Positions 38,782-49,297 are shown, numbered from the stretch's first letter. The stretch: 62,231 bases of DNA from Myxococcota bacterium (GCA_039208735.1 JBCCQY010000045.1:1-62231); one strand, 5' to 3'. Notes: generated by a model from the sequence alone, not told the origin. Program-made: numbers and translations.

Positions 38782-39188
38782 TCTTCGACGTAGCGGTCGT
38801 TCCGCCATGGATTGGCGGTGTTTGAGTAGCCGCGCGTAGCGTCGTGGCGATCATGCGCACCCGTCCACCGTGATCGGTGTGCAGCGGGACTCTCCCAGAT
38901 CGAGGATGGGCCACCTTTCGGTCACCGTCTGGCCGACCGGGACTTGGGGCAATCCATGTCGATTGGGGGGACCCGTGCCCTGCGGGGTCTCGAGCGTAGA
39001 AGCCTGGCTTGGCTCAAAGCGCTCCTTGAGCCTCATGCGGGCCGCAATCACACGTCTTCGCTGCGCGTCGTCGAACAACGGTCTTCTCCATGGCGCGCAC
39101 GCAAAAGGAGCTGTATCGTGGGAAGCTGTCGGTCTTCGAAAGCAACGACGATCGACGCAGGATCGTTTAAGCTCGGCAGGGAGGGTGA

Positions 39189-41105
39189 ATGCGACCGTGG
39201 ATGGCCTGGTGTGCTGCACTCATAGGGTGTGCACCCACGACAGAAGACGGAGACTCGACCTGGTTCACGCCCCAACCAGCCGAGTCCACCCCGCCCGACA
39301 CCGGCATGAAGCCCAAGCCCAAGCCCAAGCCTACGGCGGTGCTTGTGCAGGATGTGACCCCGGTATCGACGCCCCACGGATGGATTACCGCCCAGGTGCT
39401 CGAAGCCGTGGCCAGCGCGTCCATCGGCGATCAAGCACTCCGCGGCGTGTCGTCAGGCACGTTCTACGGCATGTGGCGATTGCCTGAGGACCTGTCCACG
39501 GGCGTGCACGATGTCATCTTTCGGAATGCCCAAGGCGCGGTCCACATCGTGCCGGTGACGATCCAGGAACCTTGGTTCAAGAACCTCACTAAGGACGCAG
39601 GCATTGGGTCCACGCACGACGTGTCGGGATGGGCCGCACAGTGTGCCGAGTCTCTGACGTCGGTGGGCGTTGCCGACATCGATCTCGACGGGGACATGGA
39701 CCTGCTGCACGGCAACCTTATGGGTCCTTCGCGGCTGTACCGCAACAACACTCTGCCCGGAGCGACGCAGCCTTCGTTTGCGCCGTGGAACGCGCTGGAG
39801 TCGGTCGACCTCGTCACGGCGGTCTCGTTCGCCGATTGGGACAATGACGGCGATCCGGACTTGTTTGTCGGTCGGCGAGGGCACAACCGTCTGTACCGCA
39901 ACGAGATCATTCCTACGGGCACGGTGTCGTTTACGAACATCACCGCCACCAGCGGGATCGCTCAGGCCGACCAACGAACGACCAACGCGGGATTTGGGGA
40001 CGTTGACGGCGATGGGCTGCTCGATTTCTACGAGGTCAACCACGCTTGGTGTTTTCCGGGCGTGTCTTCTGACGACAGCACGCAGGACTACCTGTACCGG
40101 AACCGTGGTGATGGCGTGTTCATCGACGTCTCGGATTGGTTGCCCGATGAGGTGGGACAGGTCTCGAGCCGGTACGGGTTCTCCGCCATCTGGATGGACT
40201 TCGACCGCACCGGCACCCAGGACCTTTGGGTGGTCAACGACTACGTGAGTCGCGGTGGGTCCTCGGTGCTCTTCCGAAATGGAGGGCGCGGGATCGATGG
40301 GTTTCCCGTTCTTGAAGACGTCACTCTCGACAGTGGCATCGCTCCGCAGCCCGATGACCTCGGCAAGGGCGTCAACGCGATGGGCGGAGACGTCGGGGAC
40401 ATCAACGGTGATGGTTGGCCTGACGTGGTTTACTCCAACATCGGTCCAAACTTCTTGATGCAGAGCATTGGGCCGGGGGCCTGGGAAGACGTGTCGGCCG
40501 ACCGCGGCATTCAGCGTACAACCCTGCCGTGGAACCAGCCGTCCGTCACGTGGGGCAGTCACCTGTTCGATGCCGAGAACGACGGTGATCTCGACATCTT
40601 CTTCACGGGCGGGGTGCTCACCGGGCCGAGTTCGATGCCCCATGCGGTCTTCGAGAATCTGGGCACGGGGGTCATGCGAGAGGTGTCTTGGTCGGCGGGG
40701 ATCGCTTCGCCGATGAAAGGAGCCGCGTCGGCGATTTTTGATGCCAACCGAGATGGCTACCTCGATTGGGTGGTCGCCAATTGGGGAGCTGAGCCCGAAT
40801 TGTGGGTCAACCAGAATGCGCGGTCCGGGAACCACTGGCTGATGGTCGAACTCGAGGGAGGCGAAGGTATCAATCGCGATGCCTTTGGTTCGATCGTGGA
40901 GTTGGTCCACACCAATGATGAAGTGGACACGTGCTGGTACAACCCTCGAAACTCGATGGCAGCCACGGGGGACCACGCTTGTCACTTTGGCTTGGGATCG
41001 GAAACCGAGGTTCAGCGCGTAGAAGTGCGCTGGCCCAACGGTTCGGTCGATGTGGTGTTCGCGCCCACCATCGATCGACGCATGGTGATGACCTTTGTTC
41101 CTTGA
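39189..41105 (+). CDS. CRTAC1/ASPIC-UnbV family lipoprotein with FG-GAP repeats
   Basis: Lipobox LIGC; repeated DxDxDGxxD; NHWLMVEL..NRDAFG, HFGLG, VRWPNG. Confidence 0.9.
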   Translation: MRPWMAWCAALIGCAPTTEDGDSTWFTPQPAESTPPDTGMKPKPKPKPTAVLVQDVTPVSTPHGWITAQVLEAVASASIGDQALRGVSSGTFYGMWRLPEDLSTGVHDVIFRNAQGAVHIVPVTIQEPWFKNLTKDAGIGSTHDVSGWAAQCAESLTSVGVADIDLDGDMDLLHGNLMGPSRLYRNNTLPGATQPSFAPWNALESVDLVTAVSFADWDNDGDPDLFVGRRGHNRLYRNEIIPTGTVSFTNITATSGIAQADQRTTNAGFGDVDGDGLLDFYEVNHAWCFPGVSSDDSTQDYLYRNRGDGVFIDVSDWLPDEVGQVSSRYGFSAIWMDFDRTGTQDLWVVNDYVSRGGSSVLFRNGGRGIDGFPVLEDVTLDSGIAPQPDDLGKGVNAMGGDVGDINGDGWPDVVYSNIGPNFLMQSIGPGAWEDVSADRGIQRTTLPWNQPSVTWGSHLFDAENDGDLDIFFTGGVLTGPSSMPHAVFENLGTGVMREVSWSAGIASPMKGAASAIFDANRDGYLDWVVANWGAEPELWVNQNARSGNHWLMVELEGGEGINRDAFGSIVELVHTNDEVDTCWYNPRNSMAATGDHACHFGLGSETEVQRVEVRWPNGSVDVVFAPTIDRRMVMTFVP

Positions 41106-41646
41106 TGGTCGTGTCTTGGGGGTGCTCGCATGGGTGGCGTGCACGTCGCCCGGCGAAGGGACGGAGCCTACGGGTCGGGTGACCGAGTCGACGATGCCTG
41201 CTCCGACGGGGGAGACCGGGTCCGTCAAGACCTGCATCGAAGGAGTGCAACTGGGCACGGGGGTGAAGGCGTTTGTGCCGTTGTCCGAAGGGGATGTTCT
41301 ACCGCTCGTGTTTGGCTCTCAGGGCAGCTACCACCTTCCGCTTGCGTTTCGCGGTTGTGTCCTCGACGACAAGGTCACGACCAACGTCCGAGGCACCGTG
41401 GTGTCGGACCAACAGGTCGTTGTCCAGATCAACGTTCCCCACCGTTGGATCGTGGAAGACGACTGTTGCGGCGTCTTCCTCGATGTCTTCGGCTTTCTCT
41501 TCTCGATCGAGCCCGATTGGAAGGCCACCGACCTCATCGGAGAGGCGGTCGACCTCGAACTGCAAACGACGTCCGGGGGAGTCACCTATTCCGACAGCGT
41601 GCGGATCGAAGTGGGTCCCGAGCTTCAGGGAACGAGCACGCCGTAG
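41095..41646 (+). CDS. Hypothetical lipoprotein (start uncertain)
   Basis: WVAC lipobox; GTG..F.PL.EG....LV.GSQGSYH; overlaps both neighbouring genes. Confidence 0.65.
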   Translation: MFLDGRVLGVLAWVACTSPGEGTEPTGRVTESTMPAPTGETGSVKTCIEGVQLGTGVKAFVPLSEGDVLPLVFGSQGSYHLPLAFRGCVLDDKVTTNVRGTVVSDQQVVVQINVPHRWIVEDDCCGVFLDVFGFLFSIEPDWKATDLIGEAVDLELQTTSGGVTYSDSVRIEVGPELQGTSTP

Positions 41647-42530
41647 CGAAGGCCCCGGTCGCTGACCAGCAGGTGGTCGGAGCGCAGGTACACGAGGATC
41701 TGGTAGAGGACGTGGGCGCCTGCGAACAAAAAGTCGGCGCGCTTTGGCTCGATGGCGCAAAACGCCTGTCGTTCGGTTCGCGTCATCTTCGCAAGCCGGT
41801 CGATGAAGTCCTGGAGATCTCGCTTGGTGAGTTGCATTCCGTGCACGAGATCGCCATCGTAGGCCGCGAGGTCCCGGCGAAGGGCCGCGAGCGTGGTGAC
41901 GGTGCCCGCCACGCCGATGACCTGGCAGCCTGCAGGCACGGCAAAGGGGAGCCGACGGACTTCGACGTCAAGGTACTCCACCATGGGCGCCACAGACTCG
42001 GGCAACACGCGGCCTTCGTCGTCTTCGGTGAGAAAACGCTCCGTGAGGCGGACCGTGCCAAATTCCAACGAGGTTCGTTGTCGGACTTCGCCCGCTTGTC
42101 CCACCACGAGTTCGGTGCTGCCACCACCAAGGTCCACGACCAGGCGAGGTTGATCGTCACCCGGCAGATCGACCTGTGCGCCAAGCCACGTCAACCGAGC
42201 TTCCTCTTCGCCCGAGATGATCTTGATGCGAAGTCCGATGCTCTTTTGCAACTTGGCGAAGAAAGTCTCGGCGTTCATCGCTCGTCGCGCGGCAGACGTC
42301 GCTACCGCCTTGATCGAGTAGGGCTCGACCCCATGTTCGCGTGCGATACGCACGTAGTCGGTCAGCGCGACCTCGGCGGCCTCCATGCGTTCCGGCTGGA
42401 ACAGTCCTCGATCTCCGAGGCCTTTGCCAAGGGAAACCACCCGTGCTTCGTCGTGGAGTCGCCGTCCGTCATCGTCGGTGACCAAGAGGAGCACGGAGTT
42501 TGAGCCAATGTCGACGCTTGCGCGAGGCAT
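41625..42530 (-). CDS. ppx: Ppx/GppA phosphatase
   Basis: DIGSNS, ATSAARRA.N, ISGEEEARL, DLGGGSTE, GLRYG. Confidence 0.92.
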   Translation of the reverse strand: MPRASVDIGSNSVLLLVTDDDGRRLHDEARVVSLGKGLGDRGLFQPERMEAAEVALTDYVRIAREHGVEPYSIKAVATSAARRAMNAETFFAKLQKSIGLRIKIISGEEEARLTWLGAQVDLPGDDQPRLVVDLGGGSTELVVGQAGEVRQRTSLEFGTVRLTERFLTEDDEGRVLPESVAPMVEYLDVEVRRLPFAVPAGCQVIGVAGTVTTLAALRRDLAAYDGDLVHGMQLTKRDLQDFIDRLAKMTRTERQAFCAIEPKRADFLFAGAHVLYQILVYLRSDHLLVSDRGLRYGVLVP

Positions 42531-42534
42531 GAAC

Positions 42535-43863
42535 CTACTCCGCCGGGAACGTCCAAGACGGCTGGGTCCACCCACCCCCCTTGGTGACCTGGGTCTGGTG
42601 CCGGCCATCTGCCGTCGACAGCCAAAGCTCCGACCGCCCAGTTCGGGTGGAGCTGAACATCACGTACTTGCTGTCTGGGGTCCAGGTGGGGTCTTCGTTA
42701 TCGCCTTGGCCCTGGGTAAGGCGCACCACATTGCGGCCGTTGAGGTCGGCCACGTACACGTCGAAACCGCCTTCGGACCGGCCGACCCACGCAAATCGCT
42801 TGCCGTCAGGAGACAAGGCGGGGTCGATGTTGAAGTCACCCGTGAACGTGAGGCGCTTCGGTGTGCCGCCGAGGACGGGAACGGTGTAGACCTGGGCGCC
42901 GCCGCCCCGCTCGGAGGCAAACACGATGGTCTTGCCGTTCGGCGTAAAGACGGGAGAGACATCGATGCCGCCGCCCGTCGTGAGCTGGCGAATCACCGCT
43001 CCCGTCTTGGCGTTGAGCAAGAAGATGTCAGACTCACCACCGACGCTGCGTGAGAGCGCCACGATCGAGCCGTCCGGTGAAAACGCGGGCGAGGTGTTCA
43101 CCCCTTTGACGTTCGACAGCGTGCGGGTCGCGCCGGTGCGGAGGTCCTTGACATACAGGTCGGGGTTGGACTTCTTGTAGGACGTCCAGGCGATTTCAGA
43201 GCCGCTGGGTGAGAACGCAGGTGACAGGTTGATGGCGCCGTTTCGGGTCACTGCGAGCACGTTCTGCCCGTCGCTATCCATCACGTAGATTTCTTTGTTG
43301 CCGGACTGGTTGCCCACCGCGGTGAAGCGGCTGCCGAACCAGCCTTTAATGCCCGTGGTGACCTCGATGACGTGGTTCGCCATGGCATGGCCGAGGTAGC
43401 GGGCGGCACGGGGAACGCCTCGGAACTGCTTGGACGACAGCTCATCGCCGGTTTCAGCGTTGTAGACGAACACGTCGACGCAAATCCGCTTGCCCGACCG
43501 GTCGCAGGCTTGGTGTCCCAATCCGTACATGCGGCTTTTGACGAGGACGGTGGTGTTGATGAGCCGCCACGCATCGAAGTCGAACGCGCCAGGCTCGACC
43601 CCTTTGTCCTTTTCGACGTAGCCCGAGGGGTCGAGCATCTTGAAGTACCCGGACATCGTCAGGTCCTTGTACATCGCGTCCCACATTTGGTCGGCTTGCG
43701 CCTGACCGCTCTGCGTCATGAGCTGAACCTTGGGCGCCGCGAGCGGCACGTCAGCCGAGCCCGCAACGCGGATGCGGATGCTCTGGGCCATGGCAGGCGT
43801 GGCCTGCAGAGCGGCCACGAAGAGGCCGAGGCAGAGAAGCAGTCGAGAGGTCATGGAACGCAT
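42535..43863 (-). CDS. tolB: Tol-Pal beta-propeller protein TolB
   Basis: Signal peptide; PD40 repeats (SPAFSPSG, PTWTPD); follows tolQRA. Confidence 0.88.
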   Translation of the reverse strand: MRSMTSRLLLCLGLFVAALQATPAMAQSIRIRVAGSADVPLAAPKVQLMTQSGQAQADQMWDAMYKDLTMSGYFKMLDPSGYVEKDKGVEPGAFDFDAWRLINTTVLVKSRMYGLGHQACDRSGKRICVDVFVYNAETGDELSSKQFRGVPRAARYLGHAMANHVIEVTTGIKGWFGSRFTAVGNQSGNKEIYVMDSDGQNVLAVTRNGAINLSPAFSPSGSEIAWTSYKKSNPDLYVKDLRTGATRTLSNVKGVNTSPAFSPDGSIVALSRSVGGESDIFLLNAKTGAVIRQLTTGGGIDVSPVFTPNGKTIVFASERGGGAQVYTVPVLGGTPKRLTFTGDFNIDPALSPDGKRFAWVGRSEGGFDVYVADLNGRNVVRLTQGQGDNEDPTWTPDSKYVMFSSTRTGRSELWLSTADGRHQTQVTKGGGWTQPSWTFPAE

Positions 43864-43885
43864 CCAAGGGGCAAGGGAGTCGAAT

Positions 43886-44716
43886 TCAAGGAACCATCTC
43901 GATCTCGACGTATTCCACGTCGAATAGAGCCTGGTAGGCAGGAGGCGGCTTGGGGATCGTACCCGCTACGGCAATCGCTCGCTCGGCAGCCTTATCGAAG
44001 GCCAGAACGCCGCTCGACTTGGCGACGACGTAGCGCTTGATGCGACCGGTGCGAGGGTCAAACCACACATGCACGATCGTGGAAAGGTCATCCCGCGGCC
44101 CGATCGGTTTGAACCGTGCCCGGACTTTTTCGGTGACCTCGTTCTTCCAACGGCCGACCGCAGGGTCGCCTTTCGCGCGGGCCCCGAGCGCAGCGATGGC
44201 AGGATCGGCCCCGACTTCGCCATCGGGGTCGGTGGGCAGGCGATCGACCTTGCCCTCGGGGGCATTGGCCAAGATGTCTTCGAGTTCGTCGTCGTCGAGC
44301 AGGTCTTGGAGGGCCTTCTGACGAGCCTGCTCGTCCTCCACGTTGCCTTCAGGTTCGGGCTCAGGGACGTCTTTCTTCTTCACTACGAGGTCCGACTCTT
44401 TCACGGGGTCGGGCTTGGGCACTTCTTTGGGAACGACCTTCTTCGGCTTTTCGCGCCGTACGGCTCGCTCGGCCTTGTCGGGCACGTTGAGTCGCTTGGG
44501 CAGCACGACGCTGACCTCAACGCTGTCTTGGATGAGCGGTTCGACTCGGCTGCAACTTGGGAAGAACGCCATGACGAGTGGGCCTACCCATGACACAACC
44601 AACGCGAAGACCCCCAACCCGCCGTGGAGGAAGACGCTGCAGCCGATCCCCGGCCAAAGTGGCTGGGCGTCCGGGTGAAGCGCACTCTTGACCGAAGGCT
44701 CGGGGCTACCGATCAT
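43886..44716 (-). CDS. tolA: TolA/TonB C-terminal domain protein
   Basis: TM with SxxxH (SVFLH); K/E/P-rich linker; KSSGVLAFDKAAERAI. Confidence 0.75.
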   Translation of the reverse strand: MIGSPEPSVKSALHPDAQPLWPGIGCSVFLHGGLGVFALVVSWVGPLVMAFFPSCSRVEPLIQDSVEVSVVLPKRLNVPDKAERAVRREKPKKVVPKEVPKPDPVKESDLVVKKKDVPEPEPEGNVEDEQARQKALQDLLDDDELEDILANAPEGKVDRLPTDPDGEVGADPAIAALGARAKGDPAVGRWKNEVTEKVRARFKPIGPRDDLSTIVHVWFDPRTGRIKRYVVAKSSGVLAFDKAAERAIAVAGTIPKPPPAYQALFDVEYVEIEMVP

Positions 44717-44720
44717 CGAC

Positions 44721-45152
44721 TCACTCGTCTCCGCCGATGGGGTCGAACACCAGCCCCACGCGAGGCATGCCCGCCTGCTTGGCGACCGACAGCAAGCGTG
44801 CGATCTCGCGATACGGCACCGTTTCGTCGGCGCGAAGGAAGATCGGACGGTCGGGGTTGGCCTCGGCGATCGCAGCCAGGCGATCGGGGAGTTCGGCTAC
44901 GTCGAATGGCGTGTCGAGATCGCCCAGGTAGACCTTGAGATCGGCGTCCATGGTGAGGATCAGCTGCTCTTCATCGTCCATCTTCAGCGGAGCCGCTTCC
45001 TCCTTGGGAAGATCCACATCGACGCCTGCGTTGTCGAGCATCGGGGCCGTCACCATGAAGATGATGAGCAGCACGAGCATGACGTCGACGAGTGGCGTGA
45101 CATTGATTTCCGCCATCGTGTCGCCGCCACCTCCGTTTCCGGATATCGCCAT
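44721..45152 (-). CDS. tolR: TolR/ExbD
   Basis: EINVTPLVDVMLVLLIIFMVTAP; LRAD..VPY. Confidence 0.93.
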   Translation of the reverse strand: MAISGNGGGGDTMAEINVTPLVDVMLVLLIIFMVTAPMLDNAGVDVDLPKEEAAPLKMDDEEQLILTMDADLKVYLGDLDTPFDVAELPDRLAAIAEANPDRPIFLRADETVPYREIARLLSVAKQAGMPRVGLVFDPIGGDE

Positions 45153-45164
45153 GGTTGCCCCCGG

Positions 45165-45875
45165 TCAGCCGACGTGGCGTTTGACGATGTTGAGGAAATC
45201 AGCCGAGAAGTTGTCCATCTCGGTGTTGAGGACGCGGATGCTCGAGTTGAAATAGTTGAAGGCGATGACCGCAGGGATCGCCGCGGCCAGACCGACCGCA
45301 GTTGCGATGAGCGCATGGGCGATGTCGGGACCCACGACGTCGATCGTGGCCGGGCCGCCTCCGCCGAGCTTTTGGAAGGCGCGCAAGATGCCCCACACGG
45401 TTCCGAACAGCCCGATGAAGGGGGCGGTGGACCCGGTCGTGCCGAGGAACGTGATGTAGCGCTGCAGGTTCGTCGACTCGACGGCGGCTGCGCGGCGTAG
45501 GGTGCGGGTGATGTTCTCACTTGCATCGCCGCCGCCTCGGCCTTCGCTGCTGGCTTGGTTGACCTTGGCGAGTTCCTGGTAGCCGGCCCGAAAGACTTCG
45601 GCGACCGGCGCATTGGGGAACATCTTGGTCTTTTCATAGACCGCGGCGAGTCGCTTGCTCGACCAAAACAAGTCGAGGAAACGGGCCGACTGATTTCCCG
45701 CCGATGAGACCCGAAGGTACTTCGTGACGATGATGCCCCAACTGATGAGGCTCATGCCGACGAGAACCAGCAGGGTGAATTGGACGATGAGGTCCGCGTT
45801 CCAGATGAGCGACCAGATCGAGTCTTGGTTGGTTGCTTGAACGGCCGCGAGGCTGACTTCGACCACCGGTTCCAC
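45165..45875 (-). CDS. tolQ: TolQ/ExbB/MotA proton channel
   Basis: AGGAGG upstream of GTG 45875; APFIGLFGTVWGI; ALIATAVGLAAAIPAV. Confidence 0.92.
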   Translation of the reverse strand: MEPVVEVSLAAVQATNQDSIWSLIWNADLIVQFTLLVLVGMSLISWGIIVTKYLRVSSAGNQSARFLDLFWSSKRLAAVYEKTKMFPNAPVAEVFRAGYQELAKVNQASSEGRGGGDASENITRTLRRAAAVESTNLQRYITFLGTTGSTAPFIGLFGTVWGILRAFQKLGGGGPATIDVVGPDIAHALIATAVGLAAAIPAVIAFNYFNSSIRVLNTEMDNFSADFLNIVKRHVG

Positions 45876-45963
45876 GAATGGGCCTCCTGCTGACAGCACC
45901 GCCACGCGCGATGCCCCCGCATATCACACAGCGTAGTCCGGACCGCCATTGACTCGACTGCGT

Positions 45964-47640
45964 TCAATCGGTCGGTGGAGGCGCGATCTCCCACAATTCG
46001 GTAGGGACACCCGCCTGCAGCAGGCGGTGAAGCCACATCCGTTGCCCATCTCGCAAGCGGTCTTTCGGACCCTTGATCTCGGCGACACACAAGCCTTCTG
46101 ACAAACGGCTTGGCAAGGCATCGGGCAATCGAATGGCTCGCCCGGGCCAGATCACGAGATCGGGCAGCCCGGCTCCGACCCGAAGGCCGTGGTCGAGCAT
46201 GGGGTCGAGCACGGCGCGAAGCCCCGTGGGGCCAAGGTGCTGGGCGAGGACCACGAGTTGATCGACGGTGTGGATGTCCCAACGCGCGCCGAGAACGCGT
46301 TGGCCGTGGTACCGGGCCCAGGCATCTCGGATGCGGTCGGGGGCTTCCCCTCGATCGAGGGCGGCAAACACGGTCTCGATGGCGGTCTGGCGCGCGTTCC
46401 GAAAGTGTGGGGTGCCAAAGTCCAGGGGACCGGTCAACCAACGCACTGGCAAGGCGCCCGGCACAGGTTGGAACAGCACGTCGGCAAACAGCAACGCGAA
46501 CAACATGGTGAAGGGGCGGCTCTCTCCGAAGCTCGCGGAACGGCCGTGGCCGGCGAGCCATCGACACACCGCCGCTTCGATAAGGTCGCGGTGTTCTCCC
46601 CAACGGGGACGGGCGCCCTGGGTGTCGGTGAGGGGGAGTCGCAACTGGCGTCGGAGCGGCTTGAGGAGTGGCGGATCGGGAGCCACGCTACGTCGAAGGC
46701 CTCGCCCGATGCGGCGTTGAGCCCGCACCAGACCGAGACGCTCGGTGGGGTGCGCTTCGCGGCGGGCCTGGGCCAGGAGTGCGAAGGCTTCCGTGGACCT
46801 TCCCGCCGCATGGAGCGCCTGCGCCCATCGAAAGGCGACGGCGGGCCGTCGCGCGCCCCCCGCATCCACGAGTCGCTGGTAGAGCGCTAGCGCGTCCTCG
46901 AGCCGACCTTCCCGCTCCCAGTGGTGCCCCACGTCGAGGAGTTCTTTGCGCAGCGTGCGGCGGAGATCGAGTCGGCCCGGGGCCGTCGCAGTGCCTTGAC
47001 AGAGGTGATCGAGCGCTTCTTGGGGAGTCAGAGGTGCGATGGAACCAAAGAGCCGGTCCGCAAGGTCCTCGTACGCAAGCCAGCGGCGTCGCGTCGCAGG
47101 AAGGGCCTCGCCGGAGGTCGTCGCGTAGTCGGGCCACTTCACAACGCCGATGCGGTCCAGCACGACGGTGTTGCGGTCGGGCCACGGTTTGAGGAACGCC
47201 CAACGCTCAAGGCGACGAACCAGCTTGCGGTGACGGACCCTCACGAATCGGGCCCAGGTGAAGCCGATAGCCCCGTCCAGCCTGGCCAAAAGCTGGTCTC
47301 GGCGTCCAGAGGTTGACGCTCCCCGGGCTCGCAAAATGGCGATCAAGTCTTCGTTGCGCAGGTGATGCGCACGGTCTCGCCACGTCACAAGCCCATCGAC
47401 GAGGCCCGCTTCGGTCAAGGTGTCGAGCGCCGTGGGCACGTCGGTCACGTTCGCGATGGCGAGCCGGTCGACCTCATAGATGGTGGGGACGCGGGTGGTC
47501 AGACGGGCGTACGCAATGGCGGCTTCCCCCTCGAGACGACGCATGCGTGCGACGATCCGCTGCTCTCCGGAGGTGAGCAACGCGGCTCCTCGGTCCAGGG
47601 CACGGTCGAGGATGTCGAAGAAATCGTCCACCACGATCAC
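45964..47640 (-). CDS. FAN1-like VRR-NUC nuclease with SAP- and TPR-like regions
   Basis: GTGA overlap with the upstream gene; LRARGASTSGRRDQLLARL (SAP-like); GLPDL...AEIKGPKDRLRDGQRMW. Confidence 0.85.
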   Translation of the reverse strand: MIVVDDFFDILDRALDRGAALLTSGEQRIVARMRRLEGEAAIAYARLTTRVPTIYEVDRLAIANVTDVPTALDTLTEAGLVDGLVTWRDRAHHLRNEDLIAILRARGASTSGRRDQLLARLDGAIGFTWARFVRVRHRKLVRRLERWAFLKPWPDRNTVVLDRIGVVKWPDYATTSGEALPATRRRWLAYEDLADRLFGSIAPLTPQEALDHLCQGTATAPGRLDLRRTLRKELLDVGHHWEREGRLEDALALYQRLVDAGGARRPAVAFRWAQALHAAGRSTEAFALLAQARREAHPTERLGLVRAQRRIGRGLRRSVAPDPPLLKPLRRQLRLPLTDTQGARPRWGEHRDLIEAAVCRWLAGHGRSASFGESRPFTMLFALLFADVLFQPVPGALPVRWLTGPLDFGTPHFRNARQTAIETVFAALDRGEAPDRIRDAWARYHGQRVLGARWDIHTVDQLVVLAQHLGPTGLRAVLDPMLDHGLRVGAGLPDLVIWPGRAIRLPDALPSRLSEGLCVAEIKGPKDRLRDGQRMWLHRLLQAGVPTELWEIAPPPTD

Positions 47641-48356
47641 GTCGAGCGGATCTCCTGTGCCTCCTCCAAGTGGTCGCGGGTCGACCCAGGGGCCTCTGAC
47701 AGGCGGCGAAGAACCGCCACCATACGGGCTCCTGTGGCTTCGGTGCGCTCCCGTGCGACCGTGGCTTGGCGTCGGGCCCCCACCAGAGGAAGCCACCGAC
47801 CGGGACGCGAGGCGGCCCACAGTGCGGTGTGGGTGGCCATGGCACGGGTCAAGCGGGCGCTGATGCTCGGCGGTGGCGTCGAGCCCCGTACGATCGCCGC
47901 AATCTCGGAGACTTTGAACCCCACGGGTCCAGTTGGGGGGAGGTCAACGTCAAAACCCGCGGCCAATGCTTGGCACAGGGCCATGCGCCCTCGGTCTGTG
48001 TTGGGGTCGAATCCGTAGACCACGCAGAGTCGCTGACCGAGGCGTAAGGCCGCAATCGTGGTGGTCACCACTTCGGTAGGCAGCGTCGCGACCCCCACTA
48101 AGCCCGCGATTCCCGCTCGCATGCCTGCGTTTTCGGCGGCTTCAGCCAGCACCTCGTTGGCGGTTCGGTCGATATCGACCAGCGCGTGGGGCGGGGCCTT
48201 GGACGAACGTTGGGGGTCGATGAAGGGTGCCCGCCGCTCGCGCAGGGCGTCTCGAAGCCGGTCGACCCGGATGCTCGTCGCCTGGTACCAGGCGGAAAGA
48301 AGCCGCTGGTCAGCGCGCTCGAGCCATTGATTCACGACGGTCCCGACGACGGACAT
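47637..48356 (-). CDS. EcsC-like hypothetical protein
   Basis: GIAGLVG..TLPTEV....LR....VYGFDP; WLPLVGA. Confidence 0.6.
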   Translation of the reverse strand: MSVVGTVVNQWLERADQRLLSAWYQATSIRVDRLRDALRERRAPFIDPQRSSKAPPHALVDIDRTANEVLAEAAENAGMRAGIAGLVGVATLPTEVVTTTIAALRLGQRLCVVYGFDPNTDRGRMALCQALAAGFDVDLPPTGPVGFKVSEIAAIVRGSTPPPSISARLTRAMATHTALWAASRPGRWLPLVGARRQATVARERTEATGARMVAVLRRLSEAPGSTRDHLEEAQEIRST

Positions 48357-48420
48357 GGTGAGTTCGGCTATCGTCCCTGGGACCACCCGGCATGGGTTCG
48401 ATGAACGTGTGGGAGCGAAT

Positions 48421-49236
48421 GTGCGTGGATTGATGGTTCTACTGGTCGGTACCCTGGTGTTGTCGGCGTGCCAGCGGGTCCCCGTCACCAATCGACGCCA
48501 GTTCAACTTGATCCCCGACGGCATCATGCGTGGCGTGGGCAAGTCGTCCTACACGTCCATGCTTTCGGAAACGAAGGTGAAGCGGAAGGGTACCGAAACC
48601 GCGATCCTCAATCGGGTGGGGCGGCGGATCTCGAAGGTGGCCGATCAGCCGAAGTACGATTGGACGTTCTCGCTCATCAACGAAGATGTGGTGAACGCTT
48701 GGGCGCTGCCTGGCGGCTACATCGCGTTCTACCAGGGCATTTTGCCGGTGCTTCAGAACGAAGCTGGCATGGCCTTCGTCATGGGCCATGAGGTTGCCCA
48801 TGCTACCGCGCGACACGGCTCGGAACGGCTGTCGCAGCAGGCCGCGATGGTGGGGGGCCTCGCGGGGCTCGAGATTTACATGGCCAACGCGACGAAGATC
48901 AAGCCCCAGCAGCGGGTCGTCATCCTGGGGGCGCTCGGGGTGGCAAGCCAGGTTGGTGTCATTCTTCCGTTTTCGCGAAAGCATGAGTCCGAGGCCGACA
49001 TCATTGGCATGATGTACATGGCCGAAGCCGGGTATCCGCCACAGGAAAGCCCCAAGGTGTGGGACCGGATGGCGGCCGGCGGCGGTGGGTCCGATGTTCC
49101 GGTGTTCCTGTCGACGCATCCGTCGCACAACCAGCGGAAGAAGACGCTCACGAAGTGGATGCCGATGGCGAAGAAGAAGTATGCACGCCATAAAGCCGCT
49201 CCTGGCGACACGTTGGCGACCATCTTCACGAAGTGA
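48421..49236 (+). CDS. M48-family zinc metallopeptidase lipoprotein
   Basis: LSAC lipobox; VNAWALPGG, HEVAH, FSRKHESEAD, FLSTHPS. Confidence 0.92.
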   Translation: MRGLMVLLVGTLVLSACQRVPVTNRRQFNLIPDGIMRGVGKSSYTSMLSETKVKRKGTETAILNRVGRRISKVADQPKYDWTFSLINEDVVNAWALPGGYIAFYQGILPVLQNEAGMAFVMGHEVAHATARHGSERLSQQAAMVGGLAGLEIYMANATKIKPQQRVVILGALGVASQVGVILPFSRKHESEADIIGMMYMAEAGYPPQESPKVWDRMAAGGGGSDVPVFLSTHPSHNQRKKTLTKWMPMAKKKYARHKAAPGDTLATIFTK

Positions 49237-49297
49237 CGCACCCGTTGGCGGGGGATCGGGCAACCCGATACCGTCGAGGGTCAACGGAGAAACACCC

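Noticed and set aside
38782..39188. 400-bp intergenic region as a riboswitch or small gene
   Set aside because: No recognisable RNA motif or convincing ORF with an SD sequence
39309..39332. (AAGCCC)n microsatellite
   Set aside because: In-frame KP linker of a lipoprotein; unit length is a multiple of 3, so it is not a phase-variation switch
41105..41125. Possible frameshift in a G5 run joining ATG 41105 to the lipoprotein frame
   Set aside because: An in-frame TTG start near 41116 explains the gene without a frameshift; cannot be decided from sequence
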